Notes under the pieces: model-generated
What the model was told of the DNA's origin: nothing
The model's input: only the letters and a program-made list of their open reading frames with translations
The model's database searches: none
Shown here: positions 12,765 through 23,267 of the stretch, piece by piece
Layout: each line of letters starts with the position of its first letter
Numbering within the stretch: the stretch's first letter is position 1
Source: the human T2T-CHM13v2.0 reference genome, Homo sapiens
Strand: one strand, 5' to 3'
DNA length: 64,000 bases
Assembly: GCF_009914755.1 (NCBI RefSeq)
Contig: NC_060926.1
Position numbers and translations under genes: made by a program

Positions 12765-13900
12765 CTGTAGAATCTGATGACTATGTATCTTGGTGGTGGT
12801 AACCTTGTATAGTATCTCACAGGGGTTCTCTGCATTCTCTGAATTTGAATGCTGGCCTCTCTGCCAAGGTTGAGGAAATTTTTATGCATGATATCCCCAA
12901 ATATGTTTTCCAAGTTGCTTGCTTTCTCTCTCTCTTTTGAGGATGCCAATAAATTGTAGATTTGGTCTCTTTACATAACCCCATATTTCTTGGGGGTTTT
13001 GTCCATTCTTCCATATTCTTTTTTCTTTATTTTGTCTGACTGAGTTATTTTGGAGAATCAGTCTTCAAGCTCTGAAGTTTTTTCCTCAGCATGGTCAATT
13101 CTGCTGTTAATACTTACGATTGTTCTGTGAAATTCTTGCAGTGAGCTTTTCAGTTCTATCAGATCAGTTTGGTTCTTTCTTAAAATGGCCATATAATCTT
13201 TCACGTTGTCTTATTGTATGCCTTAGATTCATTGGATTGGATTTCAACTTTCTCCTGAATCTCCACGATCTATGTTCCTATCCATATTCTGAATTATATT
13301 TCTGTCATTTCAGTCTGGTTAAGAACAATTTCTGGGAAACTAGTGCCGTCATTATTTGGAGGTAAGAAGACACTGGCTTTTTGATTTGTCAGAGTTCTTG
13401 TGCTGGTTCTTTCTCATCTGTGTGAGCTGATGTTTCTTCAGTCTTTGAAGCTGCTATCCTTTGGATGAGTTATTTTGCTTTTCTCTTCTATGATGCCCTT
13501 GGAGGTTTGATTTTGGCGTAATGTGGGTTCAGTCTACTGGATTCACTTCTGGACGATTTTAGGAAACTAAGGCTCAGCTCAGCACTCCTGGGCTGCATTC
13601 TCTAATTCTGCATGGCTGGTAGCAGTCTTCTGGCTTTGTTCTCTGATCACTTAAGGTTAAGAACCTTCTGCACTGGAGGGGCTGAGGTGTTCTCAGTCCA
13701 TTGGCCACAACACTCTGATGAGTGGTGCTGGCTAAAGCGCTTCACTGGGGACATGGCAGTGGGATCCAGGCTTACTCGCATATGCCAGCAGCCACAGCAG
13801 TGTAGCAGGGTGCATGTGTATAGGCTGGGGCGGGATACCAGGGGGAGCAGGGTTGTAGTGTTCCTGTGTGTGCTCATGCCAGTGGCAGTGGCAGTGTGGC
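12765..13900 (-). mobile_element. L1PA15/16-like ORF1 5' part and 5'UTR (continuation of 6307-10297)
   Basis: ORF1 peptide EREKASNLENIFGDIMHKNFLNLGREASIQIQRMQRTPVRYYTR (12743-12949). Confidence 0.8.
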
Positions 13901-14669
13901 AGGACTCTATTTGTATTTAAATGATTGCCTTTCAAAAAGGCAATCTGTATATTTTACTAGCAGTTAAGATTATCCTTTCCCCACATCTACTCCAGTTACT
14001 AGGCTTGTTAGTTTGATCAGTCTGTTGGCTATAAAATATTGTAACACTGTTATGATAGAGTGTACATTTTCCTGACTACTACAGAATTTGAACTTCTTTA
14101 AGTTTTTTTGTTGTTGTTATTTTGTTTTCGGTTATTTGGATTTTCTTACCTATAGATTGTTTATTCACATCTCTTGCCCCTTTTCTGTTGAATTGCTTTC
14201 TAGTCATTTTTTCCTTAGTGTTCTTTGTATATTTACAGATATAAACGCTTTTCCTTTCATAAATATTTCAGATATTTACTTCTAATGCTATTATTTCTCT
14301 CTTGAATTGATACGTTTGTCACAAAAACTTACACAATTTTTATGTAGTCATATTTGCTTTAATAGTATTTAGCTTTTCCAGTATGGCTTTTTTTACATAG
14401 TGTCCCAGATTTTCTTGGTGGTTTCTTATTTTTTGCATATAGGTCTTTAATTCACCTGGAGTTTTATTATTGTATATGATTAAAAGGAAGTGAACATATT
14501 TACTTTCATTTTCTTTCATGTGGTTAGCTGGTTTTGACAGCTGCATTCATTTTCTTAGTGAATTAAACCATTATTATTGTCAAAGATTAAGTTTTCAAAC
14601 ATATGTGATTTAATATTTATATTTTCCAGTCATCCTACTGATCCATTTGTCTATTCCTATGGCATTGCT

Positions 14670-15097
14670 ATATATACCACATAATTTCCTACTTTCCCTA
14701 TCACTTGCAATCAGGCAGAGCCATGTGACTAATTTAGTCCAATATGTTGTGAGTGGAAATGACGTATGTCACTTCTAGTCTGAAGCATAAAAATGTGTGT
14801 GTATGTGTGTGAGAGAGAGAGAAAGAAAGAGAGAGAGAGAGAGAGAAAGAGAGAAAGACAAAGAGACTACTTCATGTATTCTCTTTCCTCTACCAAGCCC
14901 CCTTGTTCCAAATGATCCAGCTACAAGATGGAAGGTCTCTATCACCTTGAATTGCCAAGTGACTGTGTAGCACAGACCCCTGTCAAATCATTACGGACAC
15001 GCAGCATGAGCAAGAAATAAACTTTTGTTGTGTTAAGGCACCAGAGCTTTGGATTAATTTGTTACTCACCATGCAATAACTCATCCTGACTATTACA
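14670..15097 (+). mobile_element. MLT1-family MaLR LTR containing (TG)n(GA)n
   Basis: gccatgtgact...atgacgtatgtcacttc, aaataaacttttgttgtgttaag, ends ctgactattaca. Confidence 0.75.
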
Positions 15098-15751
15098 GGA
15101 ATAAAGATTCTGATATTTGGTAAGACAAGTTCACCTGAATGGTCATTGAATGCTTTTCTTATTTATTTCTGGGAACCACATTTAAACTTGAATATTTTTT
15201 ATTCAATTAAACACCCCGTGCCAGTTGACTGGCTTCATTTCTGGAAGATTTTAGGGGACTAAACTGCAGTAGAATTAGTATTCTAATTGAAACTGTCTGA
15301 AATTTACTTGTTAATTTTGACAATATTTATATTTTTGATATTACATTTTTTCATCCAGGAACATGATATGCCTTTCTGTTTCTTTAGGTCTCATTTTATA
15401 TCTTTCAAAAATGATTTTATAATGTTGGCTAAAATAATTTTAGTCTTTTGATTAACTTCATTTCCATGTATTTTGTTGGTTCTGTTTCTATTGTAAATGA
15501 AATACATTTTTCCATTTCTTTGTTAGATCAAACCTATTGACTTCTGTGTGTGTGTGTGTGTTTATGCATGTGTGTGTGTGTGTTTATGCATGTATGTATA
15601 TGCTGTATATCCTAGCCATTTTACTAATTTTTGAATTTATTCTAGTGGTTTATTGAGTTTCCCTAGTTTTCAAGCACATAACTAGTATTTTCTTGTCTCA
15701 CTTAATTTCCTTTACCTTATCAAGACAATGTTAAATTCAAAATAATACCAA

Positions 15752-15921
15752 GGGCTGGGCATGGTGGCTCACGCCTGTAATCTCAGCACTTTGGGAGGCT
15801 GAGGCAGGCAGATCACCTGAGGTCAGGAGTTCGAGACCAGCCTAGCCAACACAGTGAAACCCTGTCTCTACAAACATAAAACAAGAGCGAAACTCCATCT
15901 CAAAAAAAAAAAAAAAAAAAA
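15752..15921 (+). mobile_element. AluS with most of the right monomer missing
   Basis: Left arm joined directly to acaagagcgaaactccatctc plus poly(A). Confidence 0.88.
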
Positions 15922-16454
15922 GATACCAGGTATTTCTGCATAGGTTTCAAATTTAAATTAATGTTGCTTTAGTTTTTTTTTTTTTTTTTACCATTTAGAA
16001 TAATATTTCTTATTAAATTTGCTAAATAATCTTTATGTTTTATAGTTTATTTCTACTTTATTTTTTACTCTGAAGTATTAATAGAAATGGCTTATTTCTT
16101 TTATTTTTAAATGCCTTTTTCAGAATCTGTTGATGATTGTGTAAGTTTTTCCACTAACTTACTGACATAATGGATTAAGTGGATATACTTCCCCACGCTG
16201 TTCCTAATACTGACCCGCCATTGCATTCCTGGCGTCAGTTCTGCTTGGTCAGAGGCTAAGTCATTCCTTTGATATATTGCTAGATTCAACTTGCTAATGC
16301 TTTATTTTGAATTTTTGCATCTATTTCTCTATGTGAGATTGTGTATAGATTTTTTTCTTTACTTTTCTCTCTTGATCAGGTTTTAGAATTAGTGTTTTGT
16401 ATTAAAAAATGAAGTTAGAAGCATCTCATCTTCAACTATAGCCAGAAATAATTT

Positions 16455-16765
16455 CAGTCCTAGTCCCTGAACTAGCAGCACTGGCATTACGAGGAATTGG
16501 TTGCAAATTCTTGAACAGATCCAGGACTACTCAACCAGAATCTGCATTTTATTGATTTATATGCACATTAAGGTTTGAGGAACTTAAAATAGGTCCAATG
16601 TTTTCCAAATTATCAGATGATATGAAGCTCTTGAGGTGATTATTAAATAAACATTATTATGTTCCCTTGAAAATTCTGATTTAGTTTGTCTGAGCTGGAG
16701 TTCAGCAATCTGGGTTTTTAACAAGTCCCCTGAATAAGTCTTATCTTCAAGCAAGTTTGGAAATA
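16455..16765. mobile_element. hAT-Charlie MITE remnants (MER5-like)
   Basis: cagaatctgcatttt...atgcacattaaggtttgag and ttttaacaagtcccc...caagtttggaaa. Confidence 0.55.
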
Positions 16766-16915
16766 TGTGAGTCTTTTATTTTAAATCCAGCATGAAACTA
16801 GGTGAGTCCTTTCTTCATCTCAAAGAAATATTCCTTTAGTATTTTTTGAAATTACTACCTCTTCTTCATCGGTCCTTTTTTTCTCCTTTGGGAATTTTAT
16901 TGCTGGCATGCTATG

Positions 16916-17365
16916 TTTCATGCGCGTCCGTGTGAAGAGACCACCAAACAGGCTTTGTGTGAGCAACAAGGCTGTTTATTCCACCTGGGTGCAGGTGGGC
17001 TGAGTCCGAAAAGAGAGTCAGCGAAGGGAGATAGGGGTGGGGCCGTTTTATAGGATTTGGGTAGGTAAAGGAAAATTACAGTCAAAGGGGGGTTGTTCTC
17101 TGGCGGGCAGGAGTGGGGGTCGCAAGGTGCTCAGTGGGGGTGTTTTTTGAGCCAGGATGAGCTAGGAAAAGGACTTTCACAAGGTAGTGTCATCACTTAA
17201 GGCAAGGACCGGCCATTTACACTTTTGTGGTGGAATGTCATCAGTTAAGGCAGGGCAGGGTCTTTTCACTTCTTTTGTGATTCTTCAGTTACTTCAGGCC
17301 ATCTGGGCGTATATGTGCAAGTCACAGGGGATGCGATGGCTTGGCTTGGGCTCAGAGGCCTGACA
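16916..17365 (-). mobile_element. HERV-H 3' LTR (LTR7), 450 bp; TATA intact, AATAAA present
   Basis: TATAAAA at 17052-17046. Preceded on the minus strand by PPT ATAAGAAGGCAGAAA (17380-17366). Confidence 0.96.
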
Positions 17366-18610
17366 TTTCTGCCTTCTTATATTAATAAGAAAAATAAAAC
17401 AAAATAGTGTTGAAGTGTTGGGGCGGCGAAAATTTTTGGGGGTGGTATGGAGAGAGAATGGGCGATGTTTCTCAGGGCTGCTTCAAGTGGGATTAGGGGC
17501 AGCGTGGGAACCTAGAGTGGGAGAGATTAAGCTGAAGGGAGGTCTTGTGGTAAGGGGTGATATTGTGGGGATGTTAGAAGAAACATTTGTCGTATGGAAT
17601 GATTGGTGATGGCCTGGATATGGTTTTGGATGAATTGAGAAACTAAATGGAATAACAGAAGGAGAAAAACAGGTATAAAAGGTCTAAGAATTGGGACGAC
17701 TCAGGATATCTGATTAGAGAGTGCCTAAGGAGATTCAGCATAGTCCTGCCAGCAAAAATTATTTATTTACTTCAAGAGTTAAGAGTGGCAGTTTGGGGAT
17801 AGCCCCAGGAGATATCAGCTGTGATGGCTTGGAAAAACAGTGTAAACCGGCAGTGTAAACAAGAGCAGGGCATGTATGAGTAGTTGAGAACGGTGAATAG
17901 GAGTATGACTAGACAGAAGATAGTAGGGATGACAAGTTTTTTGGGGCACAGTCTAAGTTGGTCTGGTGTCTGGAATGAGACTGGGGCCTCATAAAAAGGA
18001 GCGTCTATACAGGAGCTTAAATGGGCTGTACCCTGTAGCATTCTGAGGACAGGCCTGAATTCTGAGAAGGGAAAGTGGTAAAAGTATTGTCCGGTCCATT
18101 TTAAGTTAGTGGCTGAGCTTGGTGAGGTGTGTTTTTAAAAGACCTTTAGTCCATTCTACTTTTCTTGAAGATGGAGGATCGTAAGGGATATAAAGGTTTC
18201 GCTGAATACTAAGAGCCTGAAAAACTGCTTGGCTGATTTGACTAATAAAGGCTCATCTGTTATCGGACTGTATTGAGGTGGGAAGGCTAAACTGAGGAAT
18301 TATGTCTGACAGAACGGAAGAAATGACTGTGGTGGCCTTCTCAGACCCTGTAGGAAAGGCCTGTACCTATCCAGTGAAAGTATCTACCTAGACTAAGAGG
18401 TATTTTTTAGTTATCTGACTCGGGGCATGTTGAGTAAAGCTAATTTGCCAGTCCTGGGTGGGGCAAATCCTCGAGCTTGATGTGTAGGGAAGGGAGGGGG
18501 CCTGAATAATCCCTGAGGAGTAGTAGAATAGCAGATGGAACACTAAGAAATTATTTCCTTGAGGATAGATTTCCACGATGGAAAGGAAATGAGAGGTTCT
18601 AAGAGGCGGG

Positions 18611-19777
18611 CTAGTGGCTTGTACTATAAGCTTGTACTTTTGTATATGCAAAAGCATAACCTGCCTTTGCTGGTGTGTGGCGATTAGGCCTGGTGGAACC
18701 GCCATCAATAAAGCAAGCGTGATCAGGGTGAGGAACAGGAAAGAAGGAAATTTGGGGAAATAGGGTGAATGTCAGGTGGATCAGAGAGATACAGTTATGG
18801 GGGTCAGGTGTGGTATCAGGAATAATGTGGGAGGCCGGATTGAAGTCTGGGCCAGGAACAATGGTAATTGTGGGAGACTCAACAAAGAGTGAGTACAGCT
18901 GAAGGAGCCGGGAAGCAGAAAGTATATGCATCAGGTATGAGGAAGAAAATAGGTTTTGGAAGTTATGAGAACTGTAGAGAGTGAGTTGAGCATAGTTTGT
19001 GATTTTGAGGGCCTCTAAAAGTATTAAAGCAGTGGCAGCTGCTGCATGCAGACATGAGGGCTAGGCTAAAACAGTAAGGTCAAGTCGTTTGGACAGAAAG
19101 GCTACAGGGAGTGGTCCTGGCTCTTGTGTAAGAATTCTGACCGCACTAACCATGCCTAGGAAGGAAAGGAGTTGTTGTTTTGTAGAAGGTGCTTGGGTTT
19201 GAGAGATCAGTCGGACACAATTGGCAGGGAGAGCACGTGTGTTTTTATGAGAATTATGCCGAGATAGGTAACAGATGAGGAAGAAATTTGGGCTTGATTG
19301 AAGTAATGGGGGCTGTCTGTGAAGCTTTGCGGCAGGCAGTACAGCCTAGGTAATTTGCTGAGCTTGATGGGTGTCAGGGTCAGTCCACGTGAAAGCGAAG
19401 AGAGGCTGGGATTAAGGGTGCAAAGGAATAGTAAAGAAAGCATGTTTGAGATCTAGAACAGAATAATGGGTTGTAGAGGCAGGTATTGAGGATAGGAGAG
19501 TATATGGGTTTGGCACCACGGGGTGGACAGGCAAAACAATTTGGTTGATAAGGCGCAGATCCTGAACTAACTTGTAAGGCTTGTCTGGTTTTAGGACTGG
19601 TAAAATGGGGGAATTGTAAGGAGAGTTTATAGGCTTTAAAAGGCCATGCCGTAGCAGGCGAGTGATAACAGGCTTTAATCTTTTTAAAGCGTGCTGCGGG
19701 ATGGCATATTGGCGTTGAGTGGGGTAAGGGTGATTAGGTTTTAATGAGATGGTAAGGGGTGCATGATTAGTCGCCAA
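18611..19777 (-). pseudogene. HERV-H pol remnants (RT N-terminus; tether/RNase H start), frameshifted and deleted
   Basis: SPYNSPILPVLKPDKPYKLVQDLRLINQIV...VLDLKHAFFTIPLHP; LPQSFTDSPHYF; PDHACFIDGGS...AGYA. Confidence 0.9.
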
Positions 19778-19929
19778 GGAGGGAGTAGAGGTATCTTATA
19801 CTTGTGGGTTAAGGTGGGGGGTACAAGAGGAGGACACAAAGGAGGCTTTGGATTGGGAAGAAGGGCGGCAATGAGATATAGCTGTAGTCCAGGAATAGTC
19901 AGGGAAGCAGATAATTTAGTTAAAGTGTC

Positions 19930-20160
19930 TCAGCCTAATAAGGGAACTGGGCAGGTGGGGATAACTAAAAAGGAGTGCTTAAAAGAGTATTGTCTAAGTT
20001 GGCACCAGAGTTGGGGAGTTTTAAGAGGTTTAGAAGCCTGGCCGTCAATACCCACAACAGTTATGGAGGCAAGGGAAATGGGCCCTTGAAAAGAAGGTAA
20101 TGTGGAGTGGGTAGCCTCCGTGTTGATTAAGAAGGGGATGGGCTTATGAGAGTTACCCAA
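19930..20160 (-). pseudogene. HERV-H protease remnant with the catalytic DTG altered to NTE
   Basis: PFLINTEATHSTLPSFQGP...VVGIDG...HSFLVIPTCPVPLLG. Confidence 0.85.
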
Positions 20161-20236
20161 AACTCTCCACTGTGAGAGTTACCCAAAGCTCAGTGTCCGT
20201 GATGGTCTACGTGGCTTCCGAGGTGATCGGGCAGTG

Positions 20237-21350
20237 TCAGTCTTCAGCTGCTAAGCCGAGAAGATCTGGGAAGGAGTCAGTCAGAGAGCCTTGGGCCAGA
20301 TTTCCAGGGGCTCTGGGAGTGGCTGCCAGGTAAGTTGAACAGTCCGATTTTCGGTGGGGTCCTACACAGATGGGACGCGGCTTAGGAGGAATCCCGGGCT
20401 GCGGGCATTCCTTGGCCCAGTGGCCAGATTTCCGGCACATGTAGCAAGCTCCTGTGGGAGGAGGTTCTGGAGGAACGCCTGGCCGCTGCGGTTCAGGCGT
20501 TTGGAAGTTCTTGTGTGCTGGAGATGTGGCTGCGGTTTGTCTCACAGTGGAGGCAAGGAATTGCAACTTTTTTCTATTATTGTACACCTTGAAGGTGAGG
20601 TTAATTAAATCCTGTTGTGGGGTTCGAGGGCTGGAATTTAATTTTTGGAGTTTTATTTAATGTCGGGAGCAGATTGGGTAATAAAGTGTATTTTAATAAG
20701 ATGGCTTTTTGACATTTTAGGGTCTAGGGCTGTAAAGTGCCTCAGGGTTGTTGCCAAACAAGTCATGAACTGGGCTGGATTTTTATATTTGATGAAAAAG
20801 AGCCTAAACGCTCTCTGATTTGGGATAAAGAAAAAGGAGCATTAACCTTGACTATGCCTTTAGCTCCAGCCACCTTTTTAAGAGTAAATTGCTGGGCAGG
20901 ACGGGGAGGGCTAGTCACGGAATGAAACTGTAAGCCGGACCAGGTGTGAGGAGGGGAGGTGATAAAAAGATTATAGGGTGGAGGAGCAGAGGCGGAGGAA
21001 GAATTGGGACCTAGCTCGGCCTGGCAAGGAGCAGCCTGGGGAGGAAGGGAGAGGTCAGATGGGTCTGTAGAAAAGGAAGATTAGAAAGACTCAGCGACGC
21101 TTGGGGTTGGTACTGAGGGGACAGGTGGGAGGGAAAGAAGGAAGATATGGGACGAGTTGCACTGGGCATAGAGACTAGGAAGGGACTGATGTGTAAAAGA
21201 ATGCCTGGACATCAGGCACCTCAGACCATTTGCCCATTTTACGACAAGAATTATTTAGATCTCGTAGGATGGAAAAATTGAAAGTGCCATTTTCTGGCTA
21301 TTTGGAACTACTGTCGAGTTTGTATTGGGGTCAAGAGGCATTGCAGGAGA
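20237..21350 (-). pseudogene. HERV-H gag remnant with nucleocapsid zinc knuckle
   Basis: CYMCRKSGHWAKEC (CX2CX4HX4C) in ORF 20237-20587. The upstream gag is broken and its boundary is approximate. Confidence 0.85.
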
Positions 21351-21539
21351 AAAGATGCTTAGATTTTAGGTCAGGTGAGAGTTGAAGAGGTTTTAAGTTC
21401 TTAAGAATATAGGCTAAGGGAGAAGGAGGAGAAATGGAAGGTGGAAACTTGCCCATAGTGAAGGAGGCAAGCCCAGAGAAAAGAGTAGAGACACTGAGAA
21501 GGGGTAGGGGTTTCTTGCCCTCCAGAAAAGCAGAGAAAG

Positions 21540-21653
21540 GGTTGGGGCATGGAAATAAGGAATTGGGGCACAGAGATAAGAGGTTGGGGTGTGGAAATAA
21601 GGGATTGGGGCACAGAGATAAGAGGTCGGGGTGTGGAAATGAGGGATTGGGGG
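21540..21653. repeat. HERV-H leader ~21/42-bp tandem repeats
   Basis: Alternating ggggcacagagataagaggtt and ggggtgtggaaataagggatt units. Confidence 0.85.
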
Positions 21654-22256
21654 TTCTTGCCCTCTAGAAAAGCGGGACTTGCCGCAAAGGGTGAAGGAGA
21701 AGGGGTTGAGGGATACTTGCCCCTCCCCCAGAAAAGCAGAGACGGGGTAGAGACAAGGAGAGAAGGGGTTGGGGTACTTGCCCCTTCTCCAGAAAAGCGG
21801 GACTTGCCGCTAAGGGTGAAGGACCAAGGCAGGCATCCCTGCGTGGTCTGACACCCTTGAAACATGGGTGAATAATCAGAGAGGTGTCCCTGCAATGATT
21901 AAACACCAAGGGAAGGCTGCCTTCCCAGTCCGTGACCGGTGCCGGAGTTTTGGGTCCATGGATAAAACCTGTCTCCTTTGTCTCTACCAGAAAATACCAG
22001 AAAATGAAAGGAATTGAAATTAAGAGAAGGGAGAGATTGAAGTTTGGCGCCAAGATTGAAAGGAGAAAGAGGTTGAGGGATAGTGAGGGAGGTTGGAGAA
22101 GAGAGTAAAAAGAGGCCGCTTACTGGATTTGAAATTGGTGAGATGTTTCTTGGGCTGGTCGGTCTGAGGACCTGAGGTCGTAGGTGGATCTTTCTCATGG
22201 AGCAAAGAGTAGGAGGACAGGGGATTGATCTCCCAAGGGAAGTCCCCTGATCCAAG

Positions 22257-22274
22257 TCCCGGGTCTTGGCACCA
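22257..22274 (-). other. Primer binding site, tRNA-Phe-like (TGGTGCCAAGACCCGGGA)
   Basis: 16/18 match to the complement of the tRNA-Phe(GAA) 3' end, TGGTGCCGAAACCCGGGA. Starts 2 nt after the 5' LTR. Confidence 0.85.
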
Positions 22275-22276
22275 AA

Positions 22277-22729
22277 TTTCATGCGCGTCCGTGTCAAGAG
22301 ACCACCAAACGGGCTTTGTGTGAGCAACAAGGCTGTTTATTTCACCTGGGTGCAGGTGGGCTGAGTCCGAAAAGAGAGTCAGCAAAGGGAGATAGGGGTG
22401 GGGCCGTTTTACAGGATTTGGGTAGGTAAAGGAAAATTACAGTCAAAGGGGGGTTGTTCTCTGGCAGGCAGGAGTGGGGGTCGCAAGGTGCTCAGTGGGG
22501 GTGCTTTTTGAGCCGGGATGAGCCAGGAAAAGGACTTTCACAAGGTAGTGTCATCTCTTAAGGCAAGGACCAGCCATTTACACTTCTTTTGTGGTGGAAT
22601 GTGGTCAGTTAAGGTGGGGCAGGGCATATTCACTTCTTTTGTGATTCTTCAGTTACTTCAGGCCATCTGGGCGTATATGTGCAAGTCACAGGGGATGCGA
22701 TGGCTTGGCTTGGGCTCAGAGGCCTGACA
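22277..22729 (-). mobile_element. HERV-H 5' LTR (LTR7), 453 bp; TATA mutated to TGTAAAA
   Basis: Aligns to the 3' LTR with 18 substitutions and one 3-bp indel by manual count. Confidence 0.96.
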
Positions 22730-23267
22730 CTAAGTCTCCTGCATTCATTCTGTGAATGTTTTAAAAACTATTCCTGACCTCTTGGTGGTGACTAGCACTT
22801 AAAAAAATAAGATAGCACAGACTAGAAAATGTCAGAATGCATAATAGATACAGTAAGGGTAATTATCGTTTTGTAAATCTTTTATTTCATTACTTTCCTC
22901 TGTGTACAGGGTTTCAATGTAAACTCTACTTTTTGAAACATAGGTTGCCATAAAAAATATTGAAAGCAATTCTATAGGTGTCAAAAATTTTCTCATGGTT
23001 TCTATCTTTTTTTATGTTTCTGCTTTGTGCTCAAAGGTATTTATTGCATTTGATCTTCTAAGCCATTTCTTTGTGTCTTTCAATACAGCTACTGAATATT
23101 TTAGCCAAAAGTTATTGTTTAGCTTCTGAAGATCATGTTTTACTTTTACTGCACTTGAATCTCTTTAAAGATACATCATTATTATTATGTTTTACTCAGG
23201 TGTTCTTTGAGCTCTTTCAGGAGCTCTCTTTTAGGAGGTACCCTTGCTTACATTGCTATTTTCTTTC

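Larger units (their letters stand above)
13905..16445 (-). mobile_element. Old L1M continuation, fragmented by MLT1, Alu and microsatellites
   Basis: Degenerate L1 ORF2 antisense motifs such as ggtctttaattcacctggag and cattcctttgatatattgctagattcaacttgctaat. Confidence 0.6.
16916..22729 (-). mobile_element. HERV-H provirus, 5.8 kb internally deleted form with two LTR7
   Basis: Paired LTRs TGTCAGGCCTCTGAG...GCGCATGAAA. 5-bp TSD CTATG (16911-16915) / CTAAG (22730-22734). PBS, PPT and gag/pro/pol remnants; no env ORF. Confidence 0.97.

Noticed and set aside
17366-18400. HERV-H env or integrase gene
   Set aside because: Only short broken remnants and no long ORF. The total length fits the common deleted HERV-H form.
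21540-21653. Regularly spaced repeats resembling a CRISPR array
   Set aside because: Tandem units without unique spacers, a standard part of the HERV-H leader, in eukaryotic DNA with no cas genes.
22257-22274. tRNA gene
   Set aside because: Only 18 nt of tRNA 3'-end similarity. It is the retroviral PBS, with no cloverleaf.
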